A stretch of 26,689 nt of DNA, taken from IMG/VR virus record IMGVR_UViG_3300010276_000069, positions 1-26,689 of that record. One strand, written 5' to 3'. Shown in pieces: positions 16,832 to 24,974 of this stretch (its first letter is position 1; each line of letters starts with the position of its first letter). The notes under the pieces are model-generated. The model was not told where the DNA came from. It saw nothing but the letters and a program-made list of their open reading frames with translations, and ran no database searches. Source of the stretch: a virus (taxonomy: Duplodnaviria > Caudoviricetes). The position numbers and the translations under genes were made by a program.

Positions 16832-17857
16832 TTATTCTACGACTTCAATGTCGCTTGTATTTACCCAGCTCACGATTTCTTTAAGCAGGACCCTTCCGTA
16901 ACCGATTTGCTGGACTGTATAAGTATTTCCTTTGACCCAGTTGGGTATTGTCTGGCCTGTACTATATTTTGTTGCCGTGTTTTTAACCTTTACTTTGGCT
17001 CCTACTTTTAAGATAGGAATAGGATTTGTTATCGTAGCATTTCCCGCAGGTGTTCCAGCTTCAGTCGTTATAAAGCAATTGAAGCCATCGCCTTTAAGTC
17101 TTTTGGCCATGGCTTCGGCATTTGCCTTTTGGCTATATGCTCCTACCTGAACCTTATAAAGTCCTCCGGCTATAACTATGTAAGTATCATATCCTTTGGA
17201 CTTTAATTTTGCCGCCTGCGCATCTGCGTTAGCCCTAATTGAGTAAGCACCTACTTGCACTCTATAAAGAGTTGTAGGTTTCGATTCTGGCTGCTGGACC
17301 GTTGGATTTTCACCTTTAAGAGCTGCTATGATTGCGTCAAATTGAAATTCAGAGCCGGGACAGTTCGGTTTTGTAACCGGGTTAATCTGATAATGGCCCA
17401 CAATATGTTCCCGGTCTATCGGGATCTCTATGCCATATATCCTTTTAACCTCGGATCTAATGTATTTCATGAGCTCAATGGTTGCAACCAGTTGCGCATC
17501 GGTCAATTTGCCTTTACTCTGCGCCCATATTCCTTCGTGCTCTATGCTGACCGTGTAATAGTTGGCATTAGTCTTTCTTTCTCTTACCGTTTTCAGGGTT
17601 GATTTTCCATAATAGACCTTGCTATTCGGGTCCGTGCTAGTGCCATTACACCACGAGCCGTCTGTGAGCTCTACTAGCTGTGTTATTCTGCCGTCTTTTG
17701 CTACCACAAAATGTGCTGATGCCTTAGATGCCGGATTAGTAAGCCAGCTAATTGCTCCCTCGTAGGATCCTTCGGTAATATGGCATACGATCATATCAGG
17801 CTTCCAACCATTACGTCCATTATACTTATTGGGGCTAAGTTTTTTTATGATATTCAC
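16832..17857 (-). CDS. Endolysin: Amidase_2 + two SPOR repeats + SH3-like domain
   Basis: HITEG, SAHF, SIEHEG, GH...K.CPG; YRVQVGAY / YKVQVGAY SPOR repeats. Confidence 0.9.
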   Translation of the reverse strand: MNIIKKLSPNKYNGRNGWKPDMIVCHITEGSYEGAISWLTNPASKASAHFVVAKDGRITQLVELTDGSWCNGTSTDPNSKVYYGKSTLKTVRERKTNANYYTVSIEHEGIWAQSKGKLTDAQLVATIELMKYIRSEVKRIYGIEIPIDREHIVGHYQINPVTKPNCPGSEFQFDAIIAALKGENPTVQQPESKPTTLYRVQVGAYSIRANADAQAAKLKSKGYDTYIVIAGGLYKVQVGAYSQKANAEAMAKRLKGDGFNCFITTEAGTPAGNATITNPIPILKVGAKVKVKNTATKYSTGQTIPNWVKGNTYTVQQIGYGRVLLKEIVSWVNTSDIEVVE

Positions 17858-17872
17858 AATTACCCTCCTTCC

Positions 17873-18127
17873 TTAATTTTCTTCATTTTCGCCGTCATTC
17901 TTGCCATATAGCCTCTTGAGTTTGATTTTGTTTTCTGCTTCGGCTTTTTTATAATAAAAGCCGGTTGCAGTTGCGAGCTCAGCAAACATAGCTGGTATAA
18001 TATAGGTCAATGGCGATGTATCTCCTGTCTTCCAAACTATAACAAGAGAAAAAATAACAATCAGTGCTGTGCTGATTGCTACTCCGACAAATATTTTCTT
18101 TGAAAATTCTACTCTGCGTTTTCTCAT
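17873..18127 (-). CDS. Small two-TM membrane protein (holin-like)
   Basis: EFSKK...two TM...FYYKKAEAEN; in lysis cassette. Confidence 0.65.
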   Translation of the reverse strand: MRKRRVEFSKKIFVGVAISTALIVIFSLVIVWKTGDTSPLTYIIPAMFAELATATGFYYKKAEAENKIKLKRLYGKNDGENEEN

Positions 18128-18145
18128 GGCCTAACCTCCTATGAG

Positions 18146-18463
18146 TTAATATACAGCATCGCCATTTTTGGAGACTTCCCTTTCTATCTTGTCAATTCTC
18201 TTATGCGCCTGCTTAGTGCTCTCCTCAACTCTGGTTACCCTCTCGGCCAAATTGTTAATGTTCTTATTAGTGTCCTTTTGCTCAAGAAGGATCTCATCTA
18301 TCCTTCTCTTGATATATTCCGTATCGGAGCGAAGCGTAGCATTATCAATACCTTCGCTATATGCATCTTTTTGTAGGCCTCTTTTATAGCCTATATATCC
18401 AAATACGACACCACTTATAGTGCCAACGACACCTATTAAAGCAAAAATTGATGTCTGATCCAT
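18146..18463 (-). CDS. XhlA/holin-like protein (TM + coiled coil)
   Basis: N-terminal TM; RVTRVEESTKQAHKRID motif. Confidence 0.65.
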   Translation of the reverse strand: MDQTSIFALIGVVGTISGVVFGYIGYKRGLQKDAYSEGIDNATLRSDTEYIKRRIDEILLEQKDTNKNINNLAERVTRVEESTKQAHKRIDKIEREVSKNGDAVY

Positions 18464-18513
18464 GGCTTTGCTTCAGCTCCTTTCTTGTAATTAATTCTCA
18501 TTATCCATACCCC

Positions 18514-19605
18514 CTATCTCTGAGTTTCTCCTCTCTGGAATTTAATTCTTCGGGATAAATATCGCCGTAGGCCATAACTATCAAAATGCTTCATAGTCCC
18601 AAAGTAAGACATAACACTGGAATGCACTGTTTCAAAACCTACGTTTCCCTTTTGATACTGCTTGGCCAGATATTTAAGCCTGCTTTTCATCTTTCGCAAG
18701 GACTTCTTTTTCAACTTTCTATGCGTTGGGAATATCCTGAAGCCCACAAACTCTATCCCTGTTTTGACCTTTCTGATGGCGGTCTTTTTATTCAGGTTAA
18801 GCCTCAATTTCTCATTGAGAAATATTTCTAGATCATCCTTAACGGAAGCCAGATATTTCTTATCTGGATGCAGGATTATAATATCATCCATATACCTGAT
18901 GTAATATCGCAGCTTCAGCTCATGCTTTGCATATTGGTCTAGCTCGTTGAGATAGATATTGGCAAACAATTGCGACGTAAGGTTTCCTATCGGCATTCCA
19001 ACTGTAAAAAGTCTATCTTCTGGCCTGCATTGGTCTGGGTCCACACCTAATGGTAAACCGAAGGCTGTATGCTCGCAGTCTATAATGGTTTTGAGCAGCC
19101 ATAAAAGTCGTTCATCATCTATCTTGCTCCGGAGTATCCTCATTAAGCATTCATGATCTACTCTATAGAAATACTTTGAAATATCCAGTTTCAAATAATA
19201 CCAATCTCCCGGCTTTCTGCTCACAGCTCTTACCCAATACTGCAAACGGTCAGCTGCTCGGTGCGTTCCCTTTCCTTTTCGGCATCCATATGAGTCATAA
19301 ATAAACTGCCTATCAAACAATGGTTCTAATTGCTGATAAATCGCCCATTGAACCACTCTATCCCGGAAATCCAAAGCCATTATTAATCTCTTTTTAGGCT
19401 CATAAACGTAAAACTCCCTATATCTGCCTACTTTGTAAGTCTGGTAGATTAAGTGGTTTTGTAAATTTATAAGCTCCTCCTCAAGATTTGCGGAAAAGCG
19501 GACCACATCATCTCTATACCATTTACCTCTTGCAGCATTCTCATATGCTTTATAGAGATTTTCCCAGCTGCAAATCTTGTCATAAATATCCGTTATCTTT
19601 GCCAC
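18514..19605 (-). CDS. DGR reverse transcriptase
   Basis: EPKKR, FRDRVVQ, KLDISKYF, GMPIGNLTSQLFANIYL, YMDD, FVGF; 363 aa with no maturase/endonuclease; adjacent TR and avd. Confidence 0.95.
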   Translation of the reverse strand: MAKITDIYDKICSWENLYKAYENAARGKWYRDDVVRFSANLEEELINLQNHLIYQTYKVGRYREFYVYEPKKRLIMALDFRDRVVQWAIYQQLEPLFDRQFIYDSYGCRKGKGTHRAADRLQYWVRAVSRKPGDWYYLKLDISKYFYRVDHECLMRILRSKIDDERLLWLLKTIIDCEHTAFGLPLGVDPDQCRPEDRLFTVGMPIGNLTSQLFANIYLNELDQYAKHELKLRYYIRYMDDIIILHPDKKYLASVKDDLEIFLNEKLRLNLNKKTAIRKVKTGIEFVGFRIFPTHRKLKKKSLRKMKSRLKYLAKQYQKGNVGFETVHSSVMSYFGTMKHFDSYGLRRYLSRRIKFQRGETQR

Positions 19606-19768
19606 ATAATCTCTCCTTTATAAATTAAGCCATGCGTGGCAATCCCGAAGGCCTGCCTTCATGGCAATTCAATCTTTTACGCTTTATGCTAGCGTAGGGA
19701 GATGTGCCCCTTTGACCCTGTGCTGTCCTGCTCCCTTGAGAGACAGGCTTCATGACAAATCAGGCCAG

Positions 19769-19882
19769 AGCGGAACGGAAGCCGAGGTTGTCGTTGACGT
19801 TGGAGCGGGAGTTGTTGCCGTTCAAGTAGAAAACACCGGCGTTGGCACCGTTGTTCCAGTTGCCACCACGATAGCCGAGGCG
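19769..19882 (-). repeat. DGR template repeat (TR), 114 bp
   Basis: Non-coding copy of VR with 10 AAC codons (RLGYRGGNWNNGANAGVFYLNGNNSRSNVNDNLGFRSA). Confidence 0.95.
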
Positions 19883-19917
19883 TCCGCTATTAACGGCACA
19901 TCCCCCAAGTAAAAATT

Positions 19918-20259
19918 TTATTTAGTGCTACGCTTCCATCCGTTTAACATGCGTCCTATCTCGCTTAATTCCTTGCTCCATTCCTCATGAGCACCCAGTG
20001 ATATGTATCGCATGTCTTTATCTGCTGCTATATCTATAAATGTCCGTAGCACATCGAGTTCTACATCTATTTCATCTTGAAGCGGCTTCTTACTGCCCTT
20101 GGTCTGATTAGCCATAATTACAAGTCGGATTATCCTATACATGGAACCTCTTATCTCGGCGGCCAATAAATATCTTTCATGCTTCGGAAATTGCTTTAAT
20201 CTCATGTTTCCATGTATGACCATCCGCTTTACTTTCTGTAAAATCTTCAATTCTTCCAT
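19918..20259 (-). CDS. avd: DGR accessory variability determinant (Avd, four-helix bundle)
   Basis: FPKHERYLLAAEIR...DVELDVLR...YIS...EIGRMLNGW; between VR and TR; likely start MEELKI at 20259. Confidence 0.9.
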   Translation of the reverse strand: MEELKILQKVKRMVIHGNMRLKQFPKHERYLLAAEIRGSMYRIIRLVIMANQTKGSKKPLQDEIDVELDVLRTFIDIAADKDMRYISLGAHEEWSKELSEIGRMLNGWKRSTK

Positions 20260-20276
20260 ATAGTCAATCCCTTCAA

Positions 20277-20310
20277 AATCCTTTGGGAGGCCGGAGCCTC
20301 CCAAAGGATT
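20277..20310. promoter_or_regulatory. DGR target-recognition hairpin/cruciform downstream of VR
   Basis: Perfect 15-bp inverted repeat aatcctttgggaggc-cgga-gcctcccaaaggatt. Confidence 0.85.
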
Positions 20311-20332
20311 CAGATTTTCAGATTATCAGATT

Positions 20333-21454
20333 CTAGATTCCCGGGATATAAGCGGAACGGAAGCCGAGGTAGTCGCTGACGTAGGAGCGGGAGTAGTCGC
20401 CGCACAAGCAGAAAACACCGGCGCTGGCACCGCCGTACCAGCAGCCACCACGATAGCCGAGGCGCTCTCCTCGGTTCCTCATGAATATATAGTCTCCTCC
20501 ATGATCTCCGCTGTCTGCAGGGAATAAAGCAAGAGACTTAAGGATTTCCGGTACCGTTACTCCTGATGCTGCAGTAAGAGCTGCAAAGCTATTAGATCCA
20601 TATGGAAGATCGTCATCCGGCCTATTAGTTATGGTTGTTACAAGCTGGAATTGGAACCCACTGCTTCCTGATGGTTTGGTTAAGAAATCCCATTTAAGTG
20701 TTCCCGGAGTGCCCGGTTCTACAAGAGAACCATCCGGGAGGATTGCTTTCCATCTGCTGCTAGCTGATGTCTGTTCTATTTGTTTAGCAGCTATATTATC
20801 GGGAATAATTTGTATTTCGCCATCTACTGTTCGATAACCACCTACCCATTCCCAAACATTGCCATTAAGGTCCCATATTCCGGCCGGAGTCCCATCATGA
20901 GACCAGCTTACCGGTCCAGATCCTGTTGCCACACGATATGTTTTATATGGGTCGCCTCCGCCGTAGGTTTCTATACCATGTTCCCATCCAGCGCTAATAT
21001 CCTTTCCATAGTTATTGTTGCCTCTTGGCATAAATCCATTTTTTCTACACCATAAAGCTATAGCTGCCCATTCTGCATTAGTTAGCAAATGCCATCCGGA
21101 GCCTTTGGCCTCGCACCATATTTTTGAATTATCAAAGTTTACTCCGGTGCTTGGCGCAGATCCTCTGTCAGATGCATCGATGTAATATGCTGCTGGATCT
21201 TGAAGTGGCAAACTATATGCTCTGCCCTTATATACGATGTTCTGATATTTTGAGCAATAAAAAGCCGGCACTTCTACTCCCTCGACTAGAAATGCCGGAT
21301 GCGGGCCATTGCTTCCTCCATCAATCAATTCTGATATGAGCTTTTTGTCGAACCTCACCATAATGCTTGGAAGGCCAACATCATCATAGATTACCGTATT
21401 GGTTCCGCCGCTCAAAAGGGCTACTGCGAGTTCAAAGTCTTTATAAGTCGCCAC
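20333..21454 (-). CDS. DGR target protein, CLec/FGE-sulfatase-like fold (Mtd-like putative receptor-binding protein)
   Basis: HLLTNAEW, GIWDLNGNVWEW, RGGxW...GFR motifs; contains VR; GTG start at 21454 behind GGAGG; in tail module. Confidence 0.9.
   Translation of the reverse strand: MATYKDFELAVALLSGGTNTVIYDDVGLPSIMVRFDKKLISELIDGGSNGPHPAFLVEGVEVPAFYCSKYQNIVYKGRAYSLPLQDPAAYYIDASDRGSAPSTGVNFDNSKIWCEAKGSGWHLLTNAEWAAIALWCRKNGFMPRGNNNYGKDISAGWEHGIETYGGGDPYKTYRVATGSGPVSWSHDGTPAGIWDLNGNVWEWVGGYRTVDGEIQIIPDNIAAKQIEQTSASSRWKAILPDGSLVEPGTPGTLKWDFLTKPSGSSGFQFQLVTTITNRPDDDLPYGSNSFAALTAASGVTVPEILKSLALFPADSGDHGGDYIFMRNRGERLGYRGGCWYGGASAGVFCLCGDYSRSYVSDYLGFRSAYIPGI
20351..20464 (-). repeat. DGR variable repeat (VR), 114 bp, at 3' end of target gene
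   Basis: 100/114 identical to TR; all 14 differences at TR adenines. Confidence 0.95.
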
Positions 21455-21456
21455 GA

Positions 21457-21747
21457 TTACACCTCCAATTTCCACAGTTTCAACGTGACATTGTCCATGC
21501 TGAAAGGCACTGGCTGTGTTTTTTCAGGATCTTCATACTGTCTGGCCGGAATAAATATCTGGGCAACATAATATTTGGAGAGCCCTGCTAAAAGGATTTT
21601 GTTATCATCTTGGCATATATCGATTTCCACATCAAAGTCTCTTTCGTAGTTTTTAAGATTTAGCATGAGCTCATCTCTGAACATTATCGTGGTGTCTATT
21701 ACTTGATAATCAATCTTCGGACCTTCGTTCATTTCGATAATTTTCAT
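21457..21747 (-). CDS. Hypothetical tail-associated protein
   Basis: Coupled ORF directly upstream of DGR target. Confidence 0.75.
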   Translation of the reverse strand: MKIIEMNEGPKIDYQVIDTTIMFRDELMLNLKNYERDFDVEIDICQDDNKILLAGLSKYYVAQIFIPARQYEDPEKTQPVPFSMDNVTLKLWKLEV

Positions 21748-21914
21748 ATTTTCCTCGCCTCCATATCTTTTTTAAGTTCTAAAGTTCGCCTTGCTATCTC
21801 TTGAGCATACTCACGCTGCTCCCTTGTTGCATTCATTTGGTTAATTCCAAAGTCTTTTAAAACTTTGGTCTCTGCAGCCTTTTGCTGGTCAGTTTTTATT
21901 ATTACATAGGCCAT
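21744..21914 (-). CDS. 56-aa hypothetical protein (not in ORF track)
   Basis: GGAGG RBS; MAYVIIKTDQQKAAETKVLKDFG...RKI*; overlaps both neighbours. Confidence 0.65.
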   Translation of the reverse strand: MAYVIIKTDQQKAAETKVLKDFGINQMNATREQREYAQEIARRTLELKKDMEARKI

Positions 21915-22327
21915 CACAGCATACCTCCTTGCACATATAAAGCTACTGTGATGCTTGTAGCAGTGCCCGTATACTTAACCTTGAAGCCATTGGCCTGTTT
22001 TGCGCTAACAATAATATCCCCGGCAGTCCCGCCGGTTGTTGACACAATAACAGGAGTTACATTGTAGGTAGTCCTGTTTCTCAATTTATTAGATGGAATA
22101 ACTACGGATTTGTCTGTATTTGCCCCTGTTATGGTGTCTGTGATTGTTACGACTTCATTCTCGTTTATTCTGTCGAGTAAAAGGCGGTTAAACTGGGCCA
22201 TGACGGCATTTAGTGCATTGCTTATGAACACACCCTGCTCGATGTTATTAAAGTTTTCTGCATTTTGCGGTGTGCCTTCTTGAATACCGGGCACGTCATC
22301 TACCCAGATGGTAGGTTTATAGCTCAC
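21914..22327 (-). CDS. Putative tail fibre/adaptor protein
   Basis: GTPQNAENFNNIEQG motif, C-terminal KQANGFKVKYTG beta domain. Confidence 0.6.
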   Translation of the reverse strand: MSYKPTIWVDDVPGIQEGTPQNAENFNNIEQGVFISNALNAVMAQFNRLLLDRINENEVVTITDTITGANTDKSVVIPSNKLRNRTTYNVTPVIVSTTGGTAGDIIVSAKQANGFKVKYTGTATSITVALYVQGGML

Positions 22328-22329
22328 AG

Positions 22330-22638
22330 TTATACCTCCTCCCTGATTGGAAATTCAAATCGAAAAATAACTCCTTGGGAACCGGCCTTTTGAATGTTTT
22401 CCAGCTGTTCTGCAGCTACTATTCCGTCTACATCAATGACTCTTACTGCTGTTATTGTAACTGTTCCGGATCCGAGGGCGCTAAAGACGGCATGTATCTC
22501 TATTGTGTCCCCGTCGCTTTCTTTTTTTTGTATTACGCCCTCATAATAAGTGCTGCCGACTTTGACTTGCACTTTATGGATTGCTTTCATCCATTCGATA
22601 CGTCGCTTTTGGACAAATTCTGGCTTCCAAAATGCCAT
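22330..22638 (-). CDS. Hypothetical tail/baseplate protein
   Basis: Operon position after GpI-like gene. Confidence 0.65.
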   Translation of the reverse strand: MAFWKPEFVQKRRIEWMKAIHKVQVKVGSTYYEGVIQKKESDGDTIEIHAVFSALGSGTVTITAVRVIDVDGIVAAEQLENIQKAGSQGVIFRFEFPIREEV

Positions 22639-23547
22639 TTACACCACCTCTCCTGTTTTCCTTGTCCCACACTTTACCGGAGTAAATGTGAGTGCTTGAA
22701 TTGTATTATTTATTTTAGCGGTCACTTGGTGAATACCTGATACATAAGCAGGCATTGGGGTTGTTCCGACTTTATTAGTTCCACTTAATATTGGAGCAAA
22801 TGCGGTAGCTTCGGCTGCACTATTTATTTTTGCAGGGGCTTTATATATTCCAGATACATATGCTGGGGTTGGGATTGTTCCGGTCTTTTTAGTCCCGCAA
22901 GGAATAAAATTAAAGTTCCTTCCCTGAAAATCTGCGCCGATATTAATTGATATCTTCCTTATCTGTCCTATAAATGCTCGATTTGGCTTCGTGCCGCATA
23001 AAATAAATGGAAATGCTACATAGTGCATACTTTTGCCGTATCTAAATGGTGTTGAATAAATCCCGTAGTAATATACACCTTCCAAACGAGAACGGACGTT
23101 CTCTGTCGTTTTTGCTATCTTAATAAACTCCTGATACATCTCATCGGTTACGGCCTTATTAGTTGTCAGGACCTTAAACTCAAATGGAGGACCTCCATAT
23201 TCAAACCACTCCTGCACATAACCGGGTCCGAAGTATGCACTAATTAATTGTTCTACGGCCCATTTCGTTCCTCGCTTTCGATGCACCTGATCAGATATTT
23301 TTATTATCTTCCGTTTTCTTTCTAGATCCATCGCCGAGCTATACCAGTCTATATTCAGTTCCCATGCCAACTCGTCCAGTTGCTCATGGTCCATATAATC
23401 TATTTGGTCCCATACTCTTAACTGTTTAAATCGTGCTCCGGGGTCTTGTATGAGCTTATTCACTGCTCTGGCCAGAGCCTTTACAGCCTCATCATCTCTC
23501 ATAAAGAGCGGGAGGAGTTTTAATATATCGGCATCCGAAAGTTTCAT
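22639..23547 (-). CDS. P2 GpI-like baseplate/tail protein with C-terminal repeats
   Basis: LDELAWE...HRKRGTKWAV...EWFEYGG.P..F motifs. Confidence 0.85.
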   Translation of the reverse strand: MKLSDADILKLLPLFMRDDEAVKALARAVNKLIQDPGARFKQLRVWDQIDYMDHEQLDELAWELNIDWYSSAMDLERKRKIIKISDQVHRKRGTKWAVEQLISAYFGPGYVQEWFEYGGPPFEFKVLTTNKAVTDEMYQEFIKIAKTTENVRSRLEGVYYYGIYSTPFRYGKSMHYVAFPFILCGTKPNRAFIGQIRKISINIGADFQGRNFNFIPCGTKKTGTIPTPAYVSGIYKAPAKINSAAEATAFAPILSGTNKVGTTPMPAYVSGIHQVTAKINNTIQALTFTPVKCGTRKTGEVV

Positions 23548-23551
23548 ATTA

Positions 23552-24679
23552 TCACCCCTCCACTACTTCATGGGTAACCGTTAAATTACCGGAAAACTTG
23601 GCCACGCTTGTAGCCGGGACTGGGGTATATACCGGCGAGATTATATCAACTCTTATTGCTCCTACTAGGTTGCTGTTATCCCATGACGGAGCAAGTATTA
23701 GCTTCCTGAGCTGGTCTGGATTAATATCTCTCCCTAGTGCGCTCCCTTGCCAGTTTATATATCTTGAAATCGCTCCGCCTGCTCCTTCTATAGTTTCTAT
23801 TGCCTTACTCTCGTCAGCTGCCGTGGTGTAATATTTGAGTTCTATGTCATACTCGATTGTATCCGGAGCTCTTACTGTTACATGGTCGGTCAACGGTCTT
23901 ACATCATCAGCATTCACTACCTCAAGCACCTTCTGAAGCACTCCTTCATCCGGCAGCTCTCCTCCTAGAAGTATTGGAACGATTTCTACTTCACCGGGGC
24001 TTGGCGAAACTACCGCTACATCTGATATATTCGGATCCGCTGTCTTTGCCCAGTATTTATATGCCTCAACAGGTCCGGCAGTCGATGAAATAACGGGCGA
24101 GAGTCTTATCCTTTCACGTAGGGAGTCATCTTCTTCTCTGTCGCTTCCTCCGGATGTTGTTGTGATATTCTCCACTTTATCAACATAAGGCACTAGATCG
24201 ACTATTGTGTTGATGGTTCCCGGCGCAAGACCATTATAAATGGTTCCTCCTTCGACGCTGGAAGCTCTTACATCGACATATAGTTCGCCTGCTGGGATTA
24301 TTGCAGCAGCATCCGTTTTAAAATATAAAACAAAATCTCCGGTTACTCGGGTGCCGATAGGAATGATCACATTTTGCTCTAGCGGTTCTTTGAGAGAAAA
24401 ACGTAATGTTGTAGTAGCTGGCACTGGCTCTAATCTCTCTATCCCCGCCCGTTCTGCCAATGCGTCCAATACTTCGCCTCTTGCATAACGGAGCATCTTT
24501 TGTTTTGCTGCATCGTTTACCGCTGAATATAAAGCCACAAACAAAGGGACAAGTGCCTCTGCAAATATACGGCGTTCATCTCCGGGGTATAAAGGCTCTG
24601 CTACGCCGTTTTCTAATTCCTCAATTATGGTTTTATATATTTTAGCCGAGTCAACATCTATAAAATTAATATCAGCCAT
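23552..24679 (-). CDS. Baseplate J-like protein
   Basis: LYPGDERR, YARGEVLD, GGSDREEDDSLRER, STAGP..AY, VRPLTD motifs. Confidence 0.92.
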   Translation of the reverse strand: MADINFIDVDSAKIYKTIIEELENGVAEPLYPGDERRIFAEALVPLFVALYSAVNDAAKQKMLRYARGEVLDALAERAGIERLEPVPATTTLRFSLKEPLEQNVIIPIGTRVTGDFVLYFKTDAAAIIPAGELYVDVRASSVEGGTIYNGLAPGTINTIVDLVPYVDKVENITTTSGGSDREEDDSLRERIRLSPVISSTAGPVEAYKYWAKTADPNISDVAVVSPSPGEVEIVPILLGGELPDEGVLQKVLEVVNADDVRPLTDHVTVRAPDTIEYDIELKYYTTAADESKAIETIEGAGGAISRYINWQGSALGRDINPDQLRKLILAPSWDNSNLVGAIRVDIISPVYTPVPATSVAKFSGNLTVTHEVVEG

Positions 24680-24962
24680 TTAATCCATCCCCCCTTTTGA
24701 TTTTGATGTCTGCATTGAGGAGATGTGCACTTTGCTCCTGTATTAAAGTGGATATTGAAATATCATTCACATTTACTCTGGGCTCATATGTTCGAATGAG
24801 CCACTCGGCATCCGTTGCCAGATTATCGGATGCATAAATAGTAGGGCCGTCAATTGCAGATGTGCCAAGTCCTTTTAATCTGTCATATGGCACTTCTCCC
24901 CTTGTGATTTTTAGTAGATTGGCTGCACACTGCTCCGGCCTTCCGTTTCCGCTTGCTCTCAT
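24672..24962 (-). CDS. Baseplate wedge GpW/gp25-like protein
   Basis: GEVPYDR..G, YEPRV motifs; precedes J. Confidence 0.8.
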   Translation of the reverse strand: MRASGNGRPEQCAANLLKITRGEVPYDRLKGLGTSAIDGPTIYASDNLATDAEWLIRTYEPRVNVNDISISTLIQEQSAHLLNADIKIKRGDGLNG

Positions 24963-24974
24963 CTCATCCCTCCT

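Noticed and set aside
18514-19605. RT as group II intron, retron or Abi RT
   Set aside because: Short, lacks maturase/endonuclease, and has avd plus an adenine-specific TR/VR pair
19661-19912. 83-aa plus-strand ORF over the TR
   Set aside because: Antisense shadow of the AAC-rich TR; no RBS or context support
20260-20304. N-terminal extension of Avd (MGGSGLPK...)
   Set aside because: Lies within the DGR hairpin; ATG at 20259 has a plausible RBS
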